Source: Bacillota bacterium (lineage in GTDB: Bacteria; Bacillota; Peptococcia; Peptococcales; BICA1-8). From it: a stretch of DNA of 64,000 nucleotides. Numbering within the stretch: position 1 is the first letter of the stretch; the number at the start of each line of letters is the position of its first letter. The stretch lies in contig JBMOKT010000013.1 in the NCBI GenBank assembly GCA_049323895.1, positions 402,266-466,265 of the forward strand, read 5' to 3'. The notes beneath the pieces were generated by a model. The model saw nothing but the letters and a program-made list of their open reading frames with translations, ran no database searches and had not been told where the DNA came from. A program made the translations under genes and the position numbers. This document shows positions 50,678 to 60,842 of this stretch, in pieces.

Positions 50678-51766
50678 CTATATTATTCTATATTTGTCCA
50701 AAAACTCCCTTCTTGAAATGCAAAGGAAGGGTAAAATACCTTTCTGTTCTATTGCTATGGAGTATCTCTCAAGTTTGGCATCAGGAACTAAATTAAAGGA
50801 TATCCGGTAGTTTTCTTCAAAAAATTTATCATTTGTCAGTTTCTGACCCTTAATTTGGGAAATGTCATTAGGATGGCAGTAAAGGTTTACATGCCTGTTT
50901 TTTACGTGTTCCGGAATGGAGTCTAATAGAATTTCAATTTGTTTTCTAAAAATACGAGACTTTACCATCTCGCCAAAGGCAGGATGATAAGGTCCAGCTA
51001 ATAAATCCCTGTCGAAGCTGAGATTTTCTGTCTTTTGCAGACCAATGCGAATAATAGGTATATCAGCCTGTAAAAAAGCTATGGCCATAAGGGTGCAAAC
51101 TTCTACCGCTTCCTCTAATGACCAAGGTAGAAAGATATTATTTTGCCATAGCTGCGCTAATTGGGTTTCTTTGATTACTACCGTGGGGTAAATCCTGACA
51201 AAATCGGGCTCCAGTTTTATAACTGCTCTGGTAGTATCCAATACTCTATCTTTACTATCCCCAGGCAAACCAGGCATCAACTGGATACCAACCTGCAGTC
51301 TCCATTTTTTCAGTATTTTCACAGCAGTAAAAACATCCTGAGGAGAGTGCCCTCTTAAACTTTTCACCAATACAGCTTCGTTTAAGGACTGCACTCCTAA
51401 TTCAACGGTATCGACTCCACTTTTTACTAAATGGGATGCAATTTCCTCATCGATATAATCAGGTCTTGTTGATAAACGAATACCTTGTATCTTTCCTTGT
51501 TTTTTCAGCGAAAATGCTTCACTTAAAAGCTGTTCTTGAATTTCTTTTTTAAGGCCTGTAAAGCTGCCTCCGTAAAAAGCCAGCTCAATATGTGCATTAG
51601 CGATATTTTTAAAGGTAGTATAGTATAATTCTACTGTATTTTTAATTTCCTCTGCAGTCGGAAGTTGATACTCTCCAGCAATTTTTTTTTGGTTGCAGAA
51701 AACACAGGTATGAGGGCAGCCCAAATGAGGTATGAAGATAGGAATTATTAAATTTCTCTTAGCCAT
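50678..51766 (-). CDS. radical SAM protein, ELP3-like core without acetyltransferase domain (function unknown)
   Basis: 362-aa ORF. N-terminal CPHTCVFCNQ (CxxxCxxC). Overlaps the rnc stop by 8 nt. Confidence 0.75.
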   Translation of the reverse strand: MAKRNLIIPIFIPHLGCPHTCVFCNQKKIAGEYQLPTAEEIKNTVELYYTTFKNIANAHIELAFYGGSFTGLKKEIQEQLLSEAFSLKKQGKIQGIRLSTRPDYIDEEIASHLVKSGVDTVELGVQSLNEAVLVKSLRGHSPQDVFTAVKILKKWRLQVGIQLMPGLPGDSKDRVLDTTRAVIKLEPDFVRIYPTVVIKETQLAQLWQNNIFLPWSLEEAVEVCTLMAIAFLQADIPIIRIGLQKTENLSFDRDLLAGPYHPAFGEMVKSRIFRKQIEILLDSIPEHVKNRHVNLYCHPNDISQIKGQKLTNDKFFEENYRISFNLVPDAKLERYSIAIEQKGILPFLCISRREFLDKYRII

Positions 51767-52472
51767 TTGATTGGACCAGTTTTTCCAAAGCTTTCTGGGC
51801 TGCGTTTTGTTCAGCCTCTTTTTTCGTTCTGCCAGAACCCTGGGAAATAAGGCTGCCGTTTTGTAAGATGCCTGCTACAAAATGTTTTTCATGATCCGGT
51901 CCGCTTTCCGATAATATTTGATATTCAATAAGATTGTCCGGCTGTCTTTGTATAAATTCCTGCAACTGGGTTTTATAGTCACCATAATTTCCTTTGATAA
52001 CAGTATCAATTTCATTCTTTAAATACTTTAAGGTAAATTCACGAATAGATTCCAATCCTAGTTCAATGTATAAGGCCCCAATTAATGCTTCCCAAGCATC
52101 AGCCAAATTGGAAGGACGTTGTGCTCCTCCGCCAATCTTTTCACCTTTGCCCATCAAAAGATATTCTCCAATACCAAGCCTTTTGGCTGCTTTGGCCAAA
52201 CTGCTTTCACATACTACCGCGGCCCGCATTTTAGTTAACTCTCCTTCAGTCTTATCAGGAAAACGGTTGTAAAGGTAGTCTCCTACAATCAACCCTACAA
52301 CTGCATCACCTAAAAATTCCAGCCGCTGGTTATGACTGCCTACCCGGGTACCTTTTTCAAAAACATATGAGGGGTGGGTTAAAGCTGCATTTAGTAAATC
52401 ATATTTACTTAGGCTAAGCCCTATATTTTCTACTAATTTATTTAATTTATGTATTCTCTGTGGTTCCAACAT
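51759..52472 (-). CDS. rnc: ribonuclease III
   Basis: 237-aa ORF. NQRLEFLGDAV signature and C-terminal dsRBD. Confidence 0.95.
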   Translation of the reverse strand: MLEPQRIHKLNKLVENIGLSLSKYDLLNAALTHPSYVFEKGTRVGSHNQRLEFLGDAVVGLIVGDYLYNRFPDKTEGELTKMRAAVVCESSLAKAAKRLGIGEYLLMGKGEKIGGGAQRPSNLADAWEALIGALYIELGLESIREFTLKYLKNEIDTVIKGNYGDYKTQLQEFIQRQPDNLIEYQILSESGPDHEKHFVAGILQNGSLISQGSGRTKKEAEQNAAQKALEKLVQSNG

Positions 52473-52567
52473 TTACTTCACCTCCATAACAAATATATTT
52501 TACTCATTCTTAACTGGTTAAGCAATTATTATAGGTATAGTTGCTACAGTGGCACTGGATAAAATAA

Positions 52568-52593
52568 TAAAGGTTAGCCTAGGCTAACCTTTA
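52568..52593 (-). terminator. palindromic (bidirectional) terminator after fabF
   Basis: Perfect 12-bp palindrome TAAAGGTTAGCC-TA-GGCTAACCTTTA flanked by A/T runs on both sides. Confidence 0.7.
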
Positions 52594-52598
52594 TTATT

Positions 52599-53840
52599 TT
52601 ATCCCTTATATTTCCCTAATACAACAGTTGCATTATGTCCGCCGAAACCAAGGGAGTTAGATAAGGCATAATTAATATCTTTTTCCCTTTTAACGTTTGG
52701 TACATAGTCCAGGTCTAATTCAGGATCGGGAGTTTCATAATTAATAGTGGGAGGAATCTGACCATGCTTAAGGGCTAAAGCTGTTGCTGCCAATTCCAGT
52801 GCACCCGCAGCTCCCAGCAAATGACCTGTCATGGATTTGGTGGAGCTTACCATAACATTTTTGGCATCCTCACCAAAAACCTGTTTAATCGCCAAGGTTT
52901 CAAATTTATCGTTTAACTCGGTAGACGTACCATGAGCATTAATATAATCAATATCTTTAGGAAGGAGCCCCGCATCTTTTATAGCCAGCTTCATTGCCCT
53001 GGCAGCCCCTTCGCCTTCAGGAGCGGGAGCAGTGATATGGTGGGCATCTGCTGTTGCTCCGTAGCCCAAGACCTCTGCATAAATATGGGCATTACGACTT
53101 AACGCATGTTCCAGGCTTTCTAAAATCAAAATAACCGAACCCTCTCCCATTACAAAACCATCCCTGTTAAGGTCAAAAGGACGGCTGGCTTTCGCAGGCT
53201 CGTCATTTCGGGTAGAAAGAGCTTTCATAGAACAAAAACCGGCATAGGCCAACGGAGTTATAGAGGCCTCAGTTCCACCGGAAATAACTACATCGGCATC
53301 TCCCCGTTGAATTAGCTTAAAAGCATCGCCTACAGCATTTGTTCCTGACGCACATGCTGTCACAACAGTAATATTAGGACCCTTTGCTCCTAGATGGATA
53401 GATATTTGCCCTGCAGCCATGTTGACAATCATCATGGGAATCATAAATGGGCTAATTCTGCTTGGTCCTTTATTAACAAGCACCTTGCACTGGTCTTCAA
53501 ATGTTTCCATACCGCCAATACCAGAGCCTAAAATAACTCCTACCCGGTCCAGATCTGTTTTTGTCAAATCTAATCCACTATCTTCCACAGCCATTTTCGA
53601 AGCTGAAACGGCAAATTGGGTAAACAAGTCCATACGACGGGCTTCTTTTTTATCTATATAGTTTTCTACCTGAAAGTCCTTAACTTCACCAGCAATTTTA
53701 GCAGGCATTTCGCTGGTATCAAACCTGGTGATGGAGCTAATACCAGACTTGCCTTCAAGCAAACTTGCCCAAAAAGTGTCAATTCCTATACCAACAGGTG
53801 AGATTATCCCTAAGCCTGTAACAACAACCCTTTTCTTCAC
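52599..53840 (-). CDS. fabF: 3-oxoacyl-ACP synthase II
   Basis: ORF track 52599..53858. The likely start is GTG 53840 ([11 protein letters not shown]) 9 nt after GGAGAGG. Active-site ...ACASG... and HGTST motifs. Confidence 0.95.
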   Translation of the reverse strand: MKKRVVVTGLGIISPVGIGIDTFWASLLEGKSGISSITRFDTSEMPAKIAGEVKDFQVENYIDKKEARRMDLFTQFAVSASKMAVEDSGLDLTKTDLDRVGVILGSGIGGMETFEDQCKVLVNKGPSRISPFMIPMMIVNMAAGQISIHLGAKGPNITVVTACASGTNAVGDAFKLIQRGDADVVISGGTEASITPLAYAGFCSMKALSTRNDEPAKASRPFDLNRDGFVMGEGSVILILESLEHALSRNAHIYAEVLGYGATADAHHITAPAPEGEGAARAMKLAIKDAGLLPKDIDYINAHGTSTELNDKFETLAIKQVFGEDAKNVMVSSTKSMTGHLLGAAGALELAATALALKHGQIPPTINYETPDPELDLDYVPNVKREKDINYALSNSLGFGGHNATVVLGKYKG

Positions 53841-53863
53841 TTTACACATCCTCTCCAAAGTTG

Positions 53864-53893
53864 TGACTAGTGACTAGTGACTAGTGACTAGTG
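53864..53893. repeat. heptanucleotide tandem array (TGACTAG)x4 plus partial unit
   Basis: Counted directly at 53864-53891 plus TG. On the mRNA strand (CUAGUCA)4 ends 10 nt before the fabF RBS. Confidence 0.95.
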
Positions 53894-53965
53894 TAATAAG
53901 ATTCTAAAAAAAACTAAGGCAAAACAAATATTTAATTTTAAATTAAGTTATTACACCCTACAACC

Positions 53966-54928
53966 TTAAAGCTTTTCGTAGTCCTCCACCAGATTCCTGA
54001 TTATTTCACCCGCAGGCAAGATTTCCTTAATCTTTTCTATATATTCACCGGAAAAGATAAGCCCATGGCTTAGATTTCCCTGTTGTGCGTTATTTAGGGC
54101 ATCCATAATACAGAAATTCTGTTTGCATTTTTTTAGGCATCCTACACAATTTTCCGGGCTGGAATCATAATCAGGGTCTTTAAGCCTTTCACTAAACTCA
54201 TTTCTTATTGCTCTTCCCGGCAACCCAACGGGACTATCAATCAAAACAATATCTTCCCTTTTAGCTTTAACATATACTTCCTTGAGATTAGGAGCAGCAT
54301 TAGACTCAGCACTAGCGGCAAACCTGATGCCCATTTGCACTCCATCAGCTCCTAAGGAAAACGCCTCTTTCATATCTAAAGCATCTATGATACCACCTGC
54401 GGCAATTACTGGAATGGAGACTGCAGCTTTAACCTTTGGCACAATTTCTCTCATGGAGTCCATGGTACCAAGGTGTCCTCCTGCTTCTTTTCCTTCCACA
54501 ACAACAGCTGAAGCACCCAACCCTTCCGAAACCTTTGCAAGCTTAGCTGTTGAGACAATTGGCACAAGGGGAGTTTTCGCCTCTTCACACCACTTAAAAA
54601 TATCTCTGGAAAATCCTGCTCCCTGCACTATTAAATCTATTCCTTCTTCTAAAGCAGTATTGACTAACTGGGCAAATTTGGCAACAGCAAACATTATATT
54701 AATACCTATAATTCCCGTAGAATTCTCCCTTGCCCAGCGTATTTCACGGCGCAGCTCGTCCTCTTCCATACCGCTGGCAGCAATAAGACCTATTCCCCCT
54801 GCATCAGCAACTGCTGCAGCCAGCCTGGCAGTGGAAAGCCTAACAGCCATACCGCCCTGGATTATAGGATATTTTGGTTTTAAATTTCCTATTATTAGTT
54901 CAGGTAATTTCAATTGGAACTCCTCCAA
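53966..54928 (-). CDS. NAD(P)H-dependent flavin oxidoreductase, nitronate monooxygenase/FabK-like (second copy)
   Basis: 320-aa ORF. ...YPIIQGGMAV..., ...AAGGI... motifs. An alternative TTG start at 54913 lies behind GGAGGAG. Confidence 0.8.
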   Translation of the reverse strand: MEEFQLKLPELIIGNLKPKYPIIQGGMAVRLSTARLAAAVADAGGIGLIAASGMEEDELRREIRWARENSTGIIGINIMFAVAKFAQLVNTALEEGIDLIVQGAGFSRDIFKWCEEAKTPLVPIVSTAKLAKVSEGLGASAVVVEGKEAGGHLGTMDSMREIVPKVKAAVSIPVIAAGGIIDALDMKEAFSLGADGVQMGIRFAASAESNAAPNLKEVYVKAKREDIVLIDSPVGLPGRAIRNEFSERLKDPDYDSSPENCVGCLKKCKQNFCIMDALNNAQQGNLSHGLIFSGEYIEKIKEILPAGEIIRNLVEDYEKL

Positions 54929-54946
54929 TAAATCTATTTGAAGAAA

Positions 54947-54975
54947 AGTCCCGCAGCCAAATACGGGACTTTTTT
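54947..54975 (-). terminator. bidirectional hairpin in the acpP-FabK2 spacer
   Basis: AGTCCCG-N10-CGGGACT with T-runs on both strands (plus TTTTT, minus TTTTCTTC). Confidence 0.45.
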
Positions 54976-55029
54976 ATACTTATTAAGAAAGTATAACTCT
55001 TACAAGGTAATAAGTATAAGTACAACATC

Positions 55030-55071
55030 GGCTTCCGCAGTCGCCAAGGCTCGGCGCAAGCCGTGTTTTTT
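55030..55071. other. GC-rich stem-loop immediately 3' of acpP
   Basis: GGCTT-CCGCAGTCGCCAAGGCTCGGCGC-AAGCC with inner CGCC/GGCG pairing. The T6 run lies on the plus-strand side only. Confidence 0.4.
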
Positions 55072-55078
55072 CCAACGC

Positions 55079-55309
55079 TTATTGTACTTTTGCCTTGATA
55101 TATTCTACCGCTGCTCCAATACTTCTAATCTTTTCAGCATCTTCATCAGGAATTTCAATATCAAATTCCTCCTCCAATGCCATTACTAATTCGACAACAT
55201 CAAGGGAATCAGCATTTAAATCTTCAAAGCTAGTTTCTAAAGTTACCTCGTCGGCGTCCACTCCTAGTTGGTCAACAACTATAGATTTTACTTTTTCAAA
55301 AATGTCCAT
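55079..55309 (-). CDS. acpP: acyl carrier protein
   Basis: ORF track 55079..55378. Start moved to ATG 55309 ([11 protein letters not shown]...) behind GGAAGGAGGTG. DSLD phosphopantetheine site. Confidence 0.95.
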   Translation of the reverse strand: MDIFEKVKSIVVDQLGVDADEVTLETSFEDLNADSLDVVELVMALEEEFDIEIPDEDAEKIRSIGAAVEYIKAKVQ

Positions 55310-55349
55310 GCTCTTCACCTCCTTCCACAAAATTCTAAGTATAATAATC

Positions 55350-56093
55350 CTACATAACCATTCCGCCGTCAACGGCAATTATTTGTCCGGTTATATAATC
55401 TGCCAGGGAAGAAGCAAGGAAAGCTACGGCACCGGCAACATCTTCAGTCTTCCCAAATCTCTGCAGGGGAATTCTTGCTAACAACTGCTCCTTTACCTCA
55501 TCTGATAGTTTATCTGTCATATCTGTGGTTATAAAACCTGGAGCAATAGCATTCACCTGGATTCCTCTGGACGCCAGTTCCTGGGCCATTGATTTGGTAA
55601 AGCCTATTACACCGGACTTAGCAGCGGCATAGTTGCTTTGTCCTGCATTACCGGTTAAGCCAACAATGGAAGTAATATTAATGATTTTTCCCTTTTTCTG
55701 TTTCATCATTCCCCGGATTACCGCCTTGGTACAATGGTATACTCCTTTAAGATTGGTATCAATAACTTGGTCCCAATCTTCCTCCTTCATCCTCATTAAT
55801 AAGCCATCTCTTGTTATTCCAGCATTATTAATAAGAATGCTTATACCGCCGAATTTCTGTTCAATAATTTTTATCATCTCTGCAACTTCTTCACTAGAGG
55901 CAACATTTCCCTTAACAGCTATGGCTTCACCCCCCAAGGCCGCAATCTCAGTTACTACTTCCTGGGCCTTATCCTCGCTGCCCATGTAGTTTACTGCCAC
56001 CTTAGCGCCTCGGCGTGCTAATTCCAGTGCTGCCGCCCTGCCAATACCCCGGGAGGCACCGGTAACCAGAGCTGTTTCACCAACTAGGTTCAT
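55350..56093 (-). CDS. fabG: 3-oxoacyl-ACP reductase
   Basis: 247-aa [11 protein letters not shown], YxxxK. Confidence 0.95.
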   Translation of the reverse strand: MNLVGETALVTGASRGIGRAAALELARRGAKVAVNYMGSEDKAQEVVTEIAALGGEAIAVKGNVASSEEVAEMIKIIEQKFGGISILINNAGITRDGLLMRMKEEDWDQVIDTNLKGVYHCTKAVIRGMMKQKKGKIINITSIVGLTGNAGQSNYAAAKSGVIGFTKSMAQELASRGIQVNAIAPGFITTDMTDKLSDEVKEQLLARIPLQRFGKTEDVAGAVAFLASSLADYITGQIIAVDGGMVM

Positions 56094-57037
56094 TACTTTA
56101 CACCTTCCTTTAAACCCTCTATGGTTTCCTTTAAAGAAGCAGTATCTTCAACATTAAATGTTTTAACCTGTTTATTGATTTTCTTAATTAAGCCTGTAAG
56201 GACTTTTCCTGCACCAATCTCAACAAAGGTAGTTACCCCCTGTTCAATCATTTTTTCTACAGATTGCTGCCACATAACTGAACTGCTAACCTGTGCTACC
56301 AAACCCTCTTTGATTTTCTCCGCTGAAAAAACCAATTCAGCAGAAACATTTGCTACTAAGGGCACAACAGGGTTTTTAATAGTAATGGATTCTATGGCGT
56401 GTGCCAACTTAGTTCCAGCCGGAGCCAAAAGAGAAGAGTGGAATGGTCCGCTCACTGAGAGAAGCATGGCCCTTTTGGCACCAAAGTCTTTAGCAATACT
56501 TATTGCTTTCTCTACAGCAGGTGTTTCACCAGCTATCACTATTTGTCCCGGACAGTTATAATTGGCAGGCTCTACTACACCTTTATCCTTACAGCTTTCA
56601 CACAATTCTTTTACTTTATCTATTTCCAAGCCCAAGATGGCAGCCATTGTACCTTCCCCAGGAGGAACGGCTTCCTGCATGAACCTGCCCCTTTCCCCTA
56701 CCAACCAAACACCGTCGGTAAAACCCAGGCTTTGGGCGGCCACCAAGGCCGAAAATTCACCTAAACTATGTCCCGCAACCAAATCTGGGGTAAAACCTTC
56801 ACCCTTTATTATTTCAAAACAGGCTATACTTGTGGTTAAAAGGGCGGGCTGTGTATGTATTGTCAATCTGAGCTTATCTTCAGGTCCGTTAAAACATATA
56901 TTTGAAAGACTATAGCCTAATTTTTGGTCAGCTTGATTAAAAATTTCTCTTGCTTGTGGAAAATTATTTGCTATATCTATGCCCATTCCTACATATTGTG
57001 AGCCCTGACCGGGAAAAACAAAGGCTAGTTTGCCCAT
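56093..57037 (-). CDS. fabD: malonyl CoA-ACP transacylase
   Basis: ORF track 56093..57055. Start moved to ATG 57037 ([14 protein letters not shown]) behind AAGGAGG. GHSLGE active site. Confidence 0.95.
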   Translation of the reverse strand: MGKLAFVFPGQGSQYVGMGIDIANNFPQAREIFNQADQKLGYSLSNICFNGPEDKLRLTIHTQPALLTTSIACFEIIKGEGFTPDLVAGHSLGEFSALVAAQSLGFTDGVWLVGERGRFMQEAVPPGEGTMAAILGLEIDKVKELCESCKDKGVVEPANYNCPGQIVIAGETPAVEKAISIAKDFGAKRAMLLSVSGPFHSSLLAPAGTKLAHAIESITIKNPVVPLVANVSAELVFSAEKIKEGLVAQVSSSVMWQQSVEKMIEQGVTTFVEIGAGKVLTGLIKKINKQVKTFNVEDTASLKETIEGLKEGVK

Positions 57038-57048
57038 AAGTTTCCTCC

Positions 57049-57987
57049 TTAACAATATTTTTGTAAGTTACTTAATGTTTTTTGTCCTTCTAAGATAATT
57101 TCCTCAATAATCTCTTGGACCGGCTGAATCCGGTGAACCATGGCGGCAATTTGCCCAGCCATAACCGAACCCATGGCTACATCGCCTTCAACAGCTGCTG
57201 CCCGCAGTCTGCCTGCGCCTAAAGACTCGTATTCCCCTTGATCGGCTTTGCGAGCATCAAGTTCCTCAAAGGCGCGGGTCAATTTATTTTTAAGTACTCT
57301 AACATGATGTCCATGATAACCCGTTAGTACTGTATCCCTGTCTTTGGCAGCAATGATTGCTTCTTTATAATTTGGATGCACTGTACACTCCTGGGCACAG
57401 ACAAACCTTGTTCCCATTTGGACTCCTTGGGCACCAAGGCTTAAGGCAGCCACCAATCCCCTGCCGTCATAAATGCCTCCGGCAGCAATAACGGGGATGT
57501 CTACAGCATCTACAATCTGAGGCACTAAAGCCATAGTAGTCAGTTCACCTACATGACCTCCGCATTCCATTCCTTCAGCAATTAAACCGTCTACACCTGT
57601 TCTAGCCAACCTTTTAGCTAAGGCTACAGAGGAGACTAAAGGAAACACTTTAATACCGGCTTCCTTCAAGCGGGGTATATACTTTCCGGGATTACCGGCA
57701 CCTGTAGTAATCACCGGAACTTTTTCCTCTATAAGAATGTCAATCACTTCTTCCACATATTGGGACATAAAATATACGTTGACACCAAAAGGTTTGTCTG
57801 TTAATTCTTTGGCTTTGATTATTTCATTGCGAATTACCTCAGGCGGTGCTTCTCCACCACCAACAATTCCTATACCCCCTGCTTCGGAAACGGCTGCAGC
57901 CAATTCTGCAGTAGCAATCCAAGCCATACCGCCTTGGATGATAGGATATTTTATACCTAATAAATCACATAAGGTTGTTTTCAGCAA
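57049..57987 (-). CDS. fabK: enoyl-ACP reductase II (FabK, FMN-dependent)
   Basis: 312-aa ORF. ...YPIIQGGMAWIA... Canonical position between fabH and fabD. Confidence 0.85.
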   Translation of the reverse strand: MLKTTLCDLLGIKYPIIQGGMAWIATAELAAAVSEAGGIGIVGGGEAPPEVIRNEIIKAKELTDKPFGVNVYFMSQYVEEVIDILIEEKVPVITTGAGNPGKYIPRLKEAGIKVFPLVSSVALAKRLARTGVDGLIAEGMECGGHVGELTTMALVPQIVDAVDIPVIAAGGIYDGRGLVAALSLGAQGVQMGTRFVCAQECTVHPNYKEAIIAAKDRDTVLTGYHGHHVRVLKNKLTRAFEELDARKADQGEYESLGAGRLRAAAVEGDVAMGSVMAGQIAAMVHRIQPVQEIIEEIILEGQKTLSNLQKYC

Positions 57988-57999
57988 GTCTTATCCCTC

Positions 58000-59001
58000 C
58001 TAATAACTCCAGCGAATAACACATGAACCCCAGGTTAGCCCTGCCCCAAAACCAACAAGAACAATGTTATCACCCTTTTTTATTTTGTTTCCTCTTACAG
58101 CCTCATCTAAGGCAACAGGAATGGATGCCCCGGACATATTACCATATTTGTCTAAATTCACATAAACCTTATCAGGAGATAACTGCAGTCTTTTGACTGC
58201 TGCATCGACTATTCTGATATTAGCCTGATGGGGAACAAGATAATCAACATCCCCTTTTTCAAGCCCCGCTTTTTCCAAGGCCTTAAGAGAAGCCTCCCCC
58301 ATAATACGCACTGCAAATTTAAAAACATCATTTCCTGACATCACTAGGTAATGCTTGCCATTTTCAACTGTCTCGCTGGTAGCCGGTAAGCGGGAACCCC
58401 CTGCTTCAATATAAAGGAGATTTCCACCACTTCCGTCTGAGCCCAGGTCAAAGGAAAGAAATCCTTCTCCATTTTCCACTGGACCCAAAACGGCTGCTCC
58501 AGCGCCGTCACCAAAAATAACAAAAGTACTCCTGTCATTAGGGTTTAAAACTCGGCTTAGGGTCTCTGCACCGATAACCAGCACATACTTATACATACCG
58601 GAAGCAATAAATTGGCTGCCGACAGATAAAGCATAAATGAAACCGGTACAGGCTGCGCTTATATCAAAGGCAGCTGCATTTTTTGCACCAATTTTCTCCT
58701 GAACAATACATGCCGTTGAAGGAAAAAACATGTCAGGAGTTATAGTTGCCACTATTATTAAATCCAGATCTTCAGCAGCAATGCCAGCGGCTTCAATCGC
58801 CCGCTGGGCTGCAATTATGCTCATGTCTGAAGTAGCAATATGAGCCTCTGCATTTCTTCTTTCGCTGATTCCCGTTCTGGTTACAATCCACTCATCAGAC
58901 GTATCTATTATTTTTTCCAAATCTTTATTGGTGACAATCCTGTCAGGCAGATATTTACCTGTTCCGATTATCCCTACAGATTGTAGATTATTGAACATCA
59001 T
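58000..59001 (-). CDS. fabH: 3-oxoacyl-ACP synthase III
   Basis: 333-aa ORF. ...DISAACTGF..., ...HQAN... motifs. Confidence 0.95.
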   Translation of the reverse strand: MMFNNLQSVGIIGTGKYLPDRIVTNKDLEKIIDTSDEWIVTRTGISERRNAEAHIATSDMSIIAAQRAIEAAGIAAEDLDLIIVATITPDMFFPSTACIVQEKIGAKNAAAFDISAACTGFIYALSVGSQFIASGMYKYVLVIGAETLSRVLNPNDRSTFVIFGDGAGAAVLGPVENGEGFLSFDLGSDGSGGNLLYIEAGGSRLPATSETVENGKHYLVMSGNDVFKFAVRIMGEASLKALEKAGLEKGDVDYLVPHQANIRIVDAAVKRLQLSPDKVYVNLDKYGNMSGASIPVALDEAVRGNKIKKGDNIVLVGFGAGLTWGSCVIRWSY

Positions 59002-59995
59002 TAATCTCTCCTACCTGGATATTTCTCTTGATTTCCTCAATAAATCCCTGGGAGTGGCTTTCCCAAGCAACCCTGATGGCATTGTGAATAGCCTTAGCCT
59101 TAGAACTGCCGTGGCATATTATACTAATTCCATCCACACCTAAAAGAGGAGCACCACCATACTCAGAGTAATCCATTCTATTTTTAAGTCCTTTCAATGA
59201 AGGAAGCATTAAGCCTGCACCTAATTTGGCTAATAAATGTTTGTCAATTTCTTCCTTTAAGAGGGTGCTAAAGGATGACGCCATTCCTTCAATTACTTTT
59301 AAGACTATATTTCCTACAAAACCATCACAAACCATAACATCAGCACTTCCCAGAGGAATATCCCTACCCTCGATATTGCCCATAAAGTTTATGCTGGTGT
59401 CTGCGGCTAGCTGTGCATAGGCTTTAATAACCAGCTCATTCCCTTTGCCTTCTTCGCTTCCAATATTAACCAAAGCCACTTTTGGATTTTTAATATTTAA
59501 TACTTTTTCTGCATATATGCTGCCCATTTTAGCGAACTGAACTAAATTATGTACCTTGCAGTCGGCATTAGCACCCACATCTAAAAGCAGTTTCCCCCCG
59601 CTCAAGGTGGGCAGTACGGTGCATATGGCCGGTCTGTCAATACCCGAAATACGACCTAAACCAAATAACCCGGCAACCATCTGGGCCCCCGTACTTCCTG
59701 CCGATACCACAGCATCGGCTTCTCCATTCTTAACAAGTTTAGTTGCCACTGTTATGGAAGCATCCTTTTTTTTTCTGTAAGCAGAACCTGGATGTTCATC
59801 CATCCCAATTACTTCGCTAGCATTAACTATTTCAATTTTATTTTTGTTATCCGGAAGCAGTTTTTCTATTATATCCAATTGTCCAACTAAAATTATTTTT
59901 GTAAGTTGGGGGTATAAATCTAAAGCTTGTTGGGCGCCCGTTATGATTTCTCCGGGTGCATAATCTCCACCCATCGCATCTAATGCAACTCTCAC
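58988..59995 (-). CDS. plsX: phosphate acyltransferase PlsX
   Basis: 335-aa ORF. MRVALDAMGGDYAP start. Confidence 0.95.
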   Translation of the reverse strand: MRVALDAMGGDYAPGEIITGAQQALDLYPQLTKIILVGQLDIIEKLLPDNKNKIEIVNASEVIGMDEHPGSAYRKKKDASITVATKLVKNGEADAVVSAGSTGAQMVAGLFGLGRISGIDRPAICTVLPTLSGGKLLLDVGANADCKVHNLVQFAKMGSIYAEKVLNIKNPKVALVNIGSEEGKGNELVIKAYAQLAADTSINFMGNIEGRDIPLGSADVMVCDGFVGNIVLKVIEGMASSFSTLLKEEIDKHLLAKLGAGLMLPSLKGLKNRMDYSEYGGAPLLGVDGISIICHGSSKAKAIHNAIRVAWESHSQGFIEEIKRNIQVGEINDVQ

Positions 59996-60006
59996 AATTA
60001 CTCCTC

Positions 60007-60570
60007 CTAACGTGAGACCACAATAAATTTACCTACAAATACTTCTTCAGCCCCTACTTTGGAAACCACCTTTACCAAATGTTTATTGCTGCGTTGACGA
60101 GCAAGATAGGCGTTGGCAACTAGTTTTTCATTCAAATATACGGGTCTCCTATAACGGATTCTAGCACTTCCTGTCAATACCACTTCTGCGTCTATTAGAG
60201 CAACTGCCAGCATATTGGCCTGGGAAAATATATGATGTCCACGGCAGACATTGCTTTTTTCTGCCACCATATCCGATGTTATTTCTAAAATAGATGCAGC
60301 CCTATTCCCCAATTCCAATTCAATTAATTCGCCAACTATTTCCTTATCAGTTACAGATTTAACTTTAGAATAATTATTTTCCGCAACCCTTTTCATCCTT
60401 TCCCGAACTTCAGGAATCCCAAGTTCTAAACGGTCCAGGCGGATAGTTTGAATGCTGCAGCCAAAGCGCTGGGCTAATTCCTCATCGGTAGCAAAGGGAT
60501 TTGCTACTAAAAAATCTTGCAATTGTTCTTGTCTTTGGGCTTTCATCCTTCGTTTCTTCATATGTACCAT
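60007..60570 (-). CDS. fapR: fatty acid/phospholipid biosynthesis repressor FapR
   Basis: 187-aa ORF. N-terminal HTH (DEELAQRFGCSIQTIRLDR) plus hot-dog thioesterase-like domain. Confidence 0.9.
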   Translation of the reverse strand: MVHMKKRRMKAQRQEQLQDFLVANPFATDEELAQRFGCSIQTIRLDRLELGIPEVRERMKRVAENNYSKVKSVTDKEIVGELIELELGNRAASILEITSDMVAEKSNVCRGHHIFSQANMLAVALIDAEVVLTGSARIRYRRPVYLNEKLVANAYLARQRSNKHLVKVVSKVGAEEVFVGKFIVVSR

Positions 60571-60589
60571 CCGTTCTTTATATCAAGTA

Positions 60590-60606
60590 TTAGTACCTGA
60601 TACCAA
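60590..60606. promoter_or_regulatory. FapR operator-like 17-bp inverted repeat
   Basis: TTAGTACCTGATACCAA. Closely resembles the Bacillus FapR box as I remember it (TTAGTACC-N-GGTACTAA-type). Lies just downstream of the -10. Confidence 0.6.
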
Positions 60607-60611
60607 TAACA

Positions 60612-60640
60612 AGTATAATATATTCTAGGAAAATATGCAA
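60612..60640 (-). promoter_or_regulatory. sigma-A promoter of the fapR-plsX-fab operon
   Basis: Minus strand TTGCAT-N17-TATACT. Confidence 0.5.
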
Positions 60641-60842
60641 TATTGAAATCATTTTTTACCAATTGGGAATAATTATACAAACGAAGCCTTAGTTGCATTA
60701 TACTTTCAACCTTTGTATTCTAATATTTATCTGAAAGTAAAAAACCGCCTGCGGCGTTTAGTGGCTAGTAAAACACATTAAAAAGCTGTACTGAGCTAGT
60801 TATACACAACTAAAAATTTATTTTTTCCTGGTGTTATACGAT

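Noticed and set aside
54282-54941. Long plus-strand ORFs (e.g. 54282-54941, 19235-19753, 45922-46383, 47146-47613, 14767-15174, 49661-50038, 33375-33722)
   Set aside because: All are antisense shadows of well-supported minus-strand genes. They have low-complexity Ser/Pro/Ala-rich translations, no RBS and no family resemblance.
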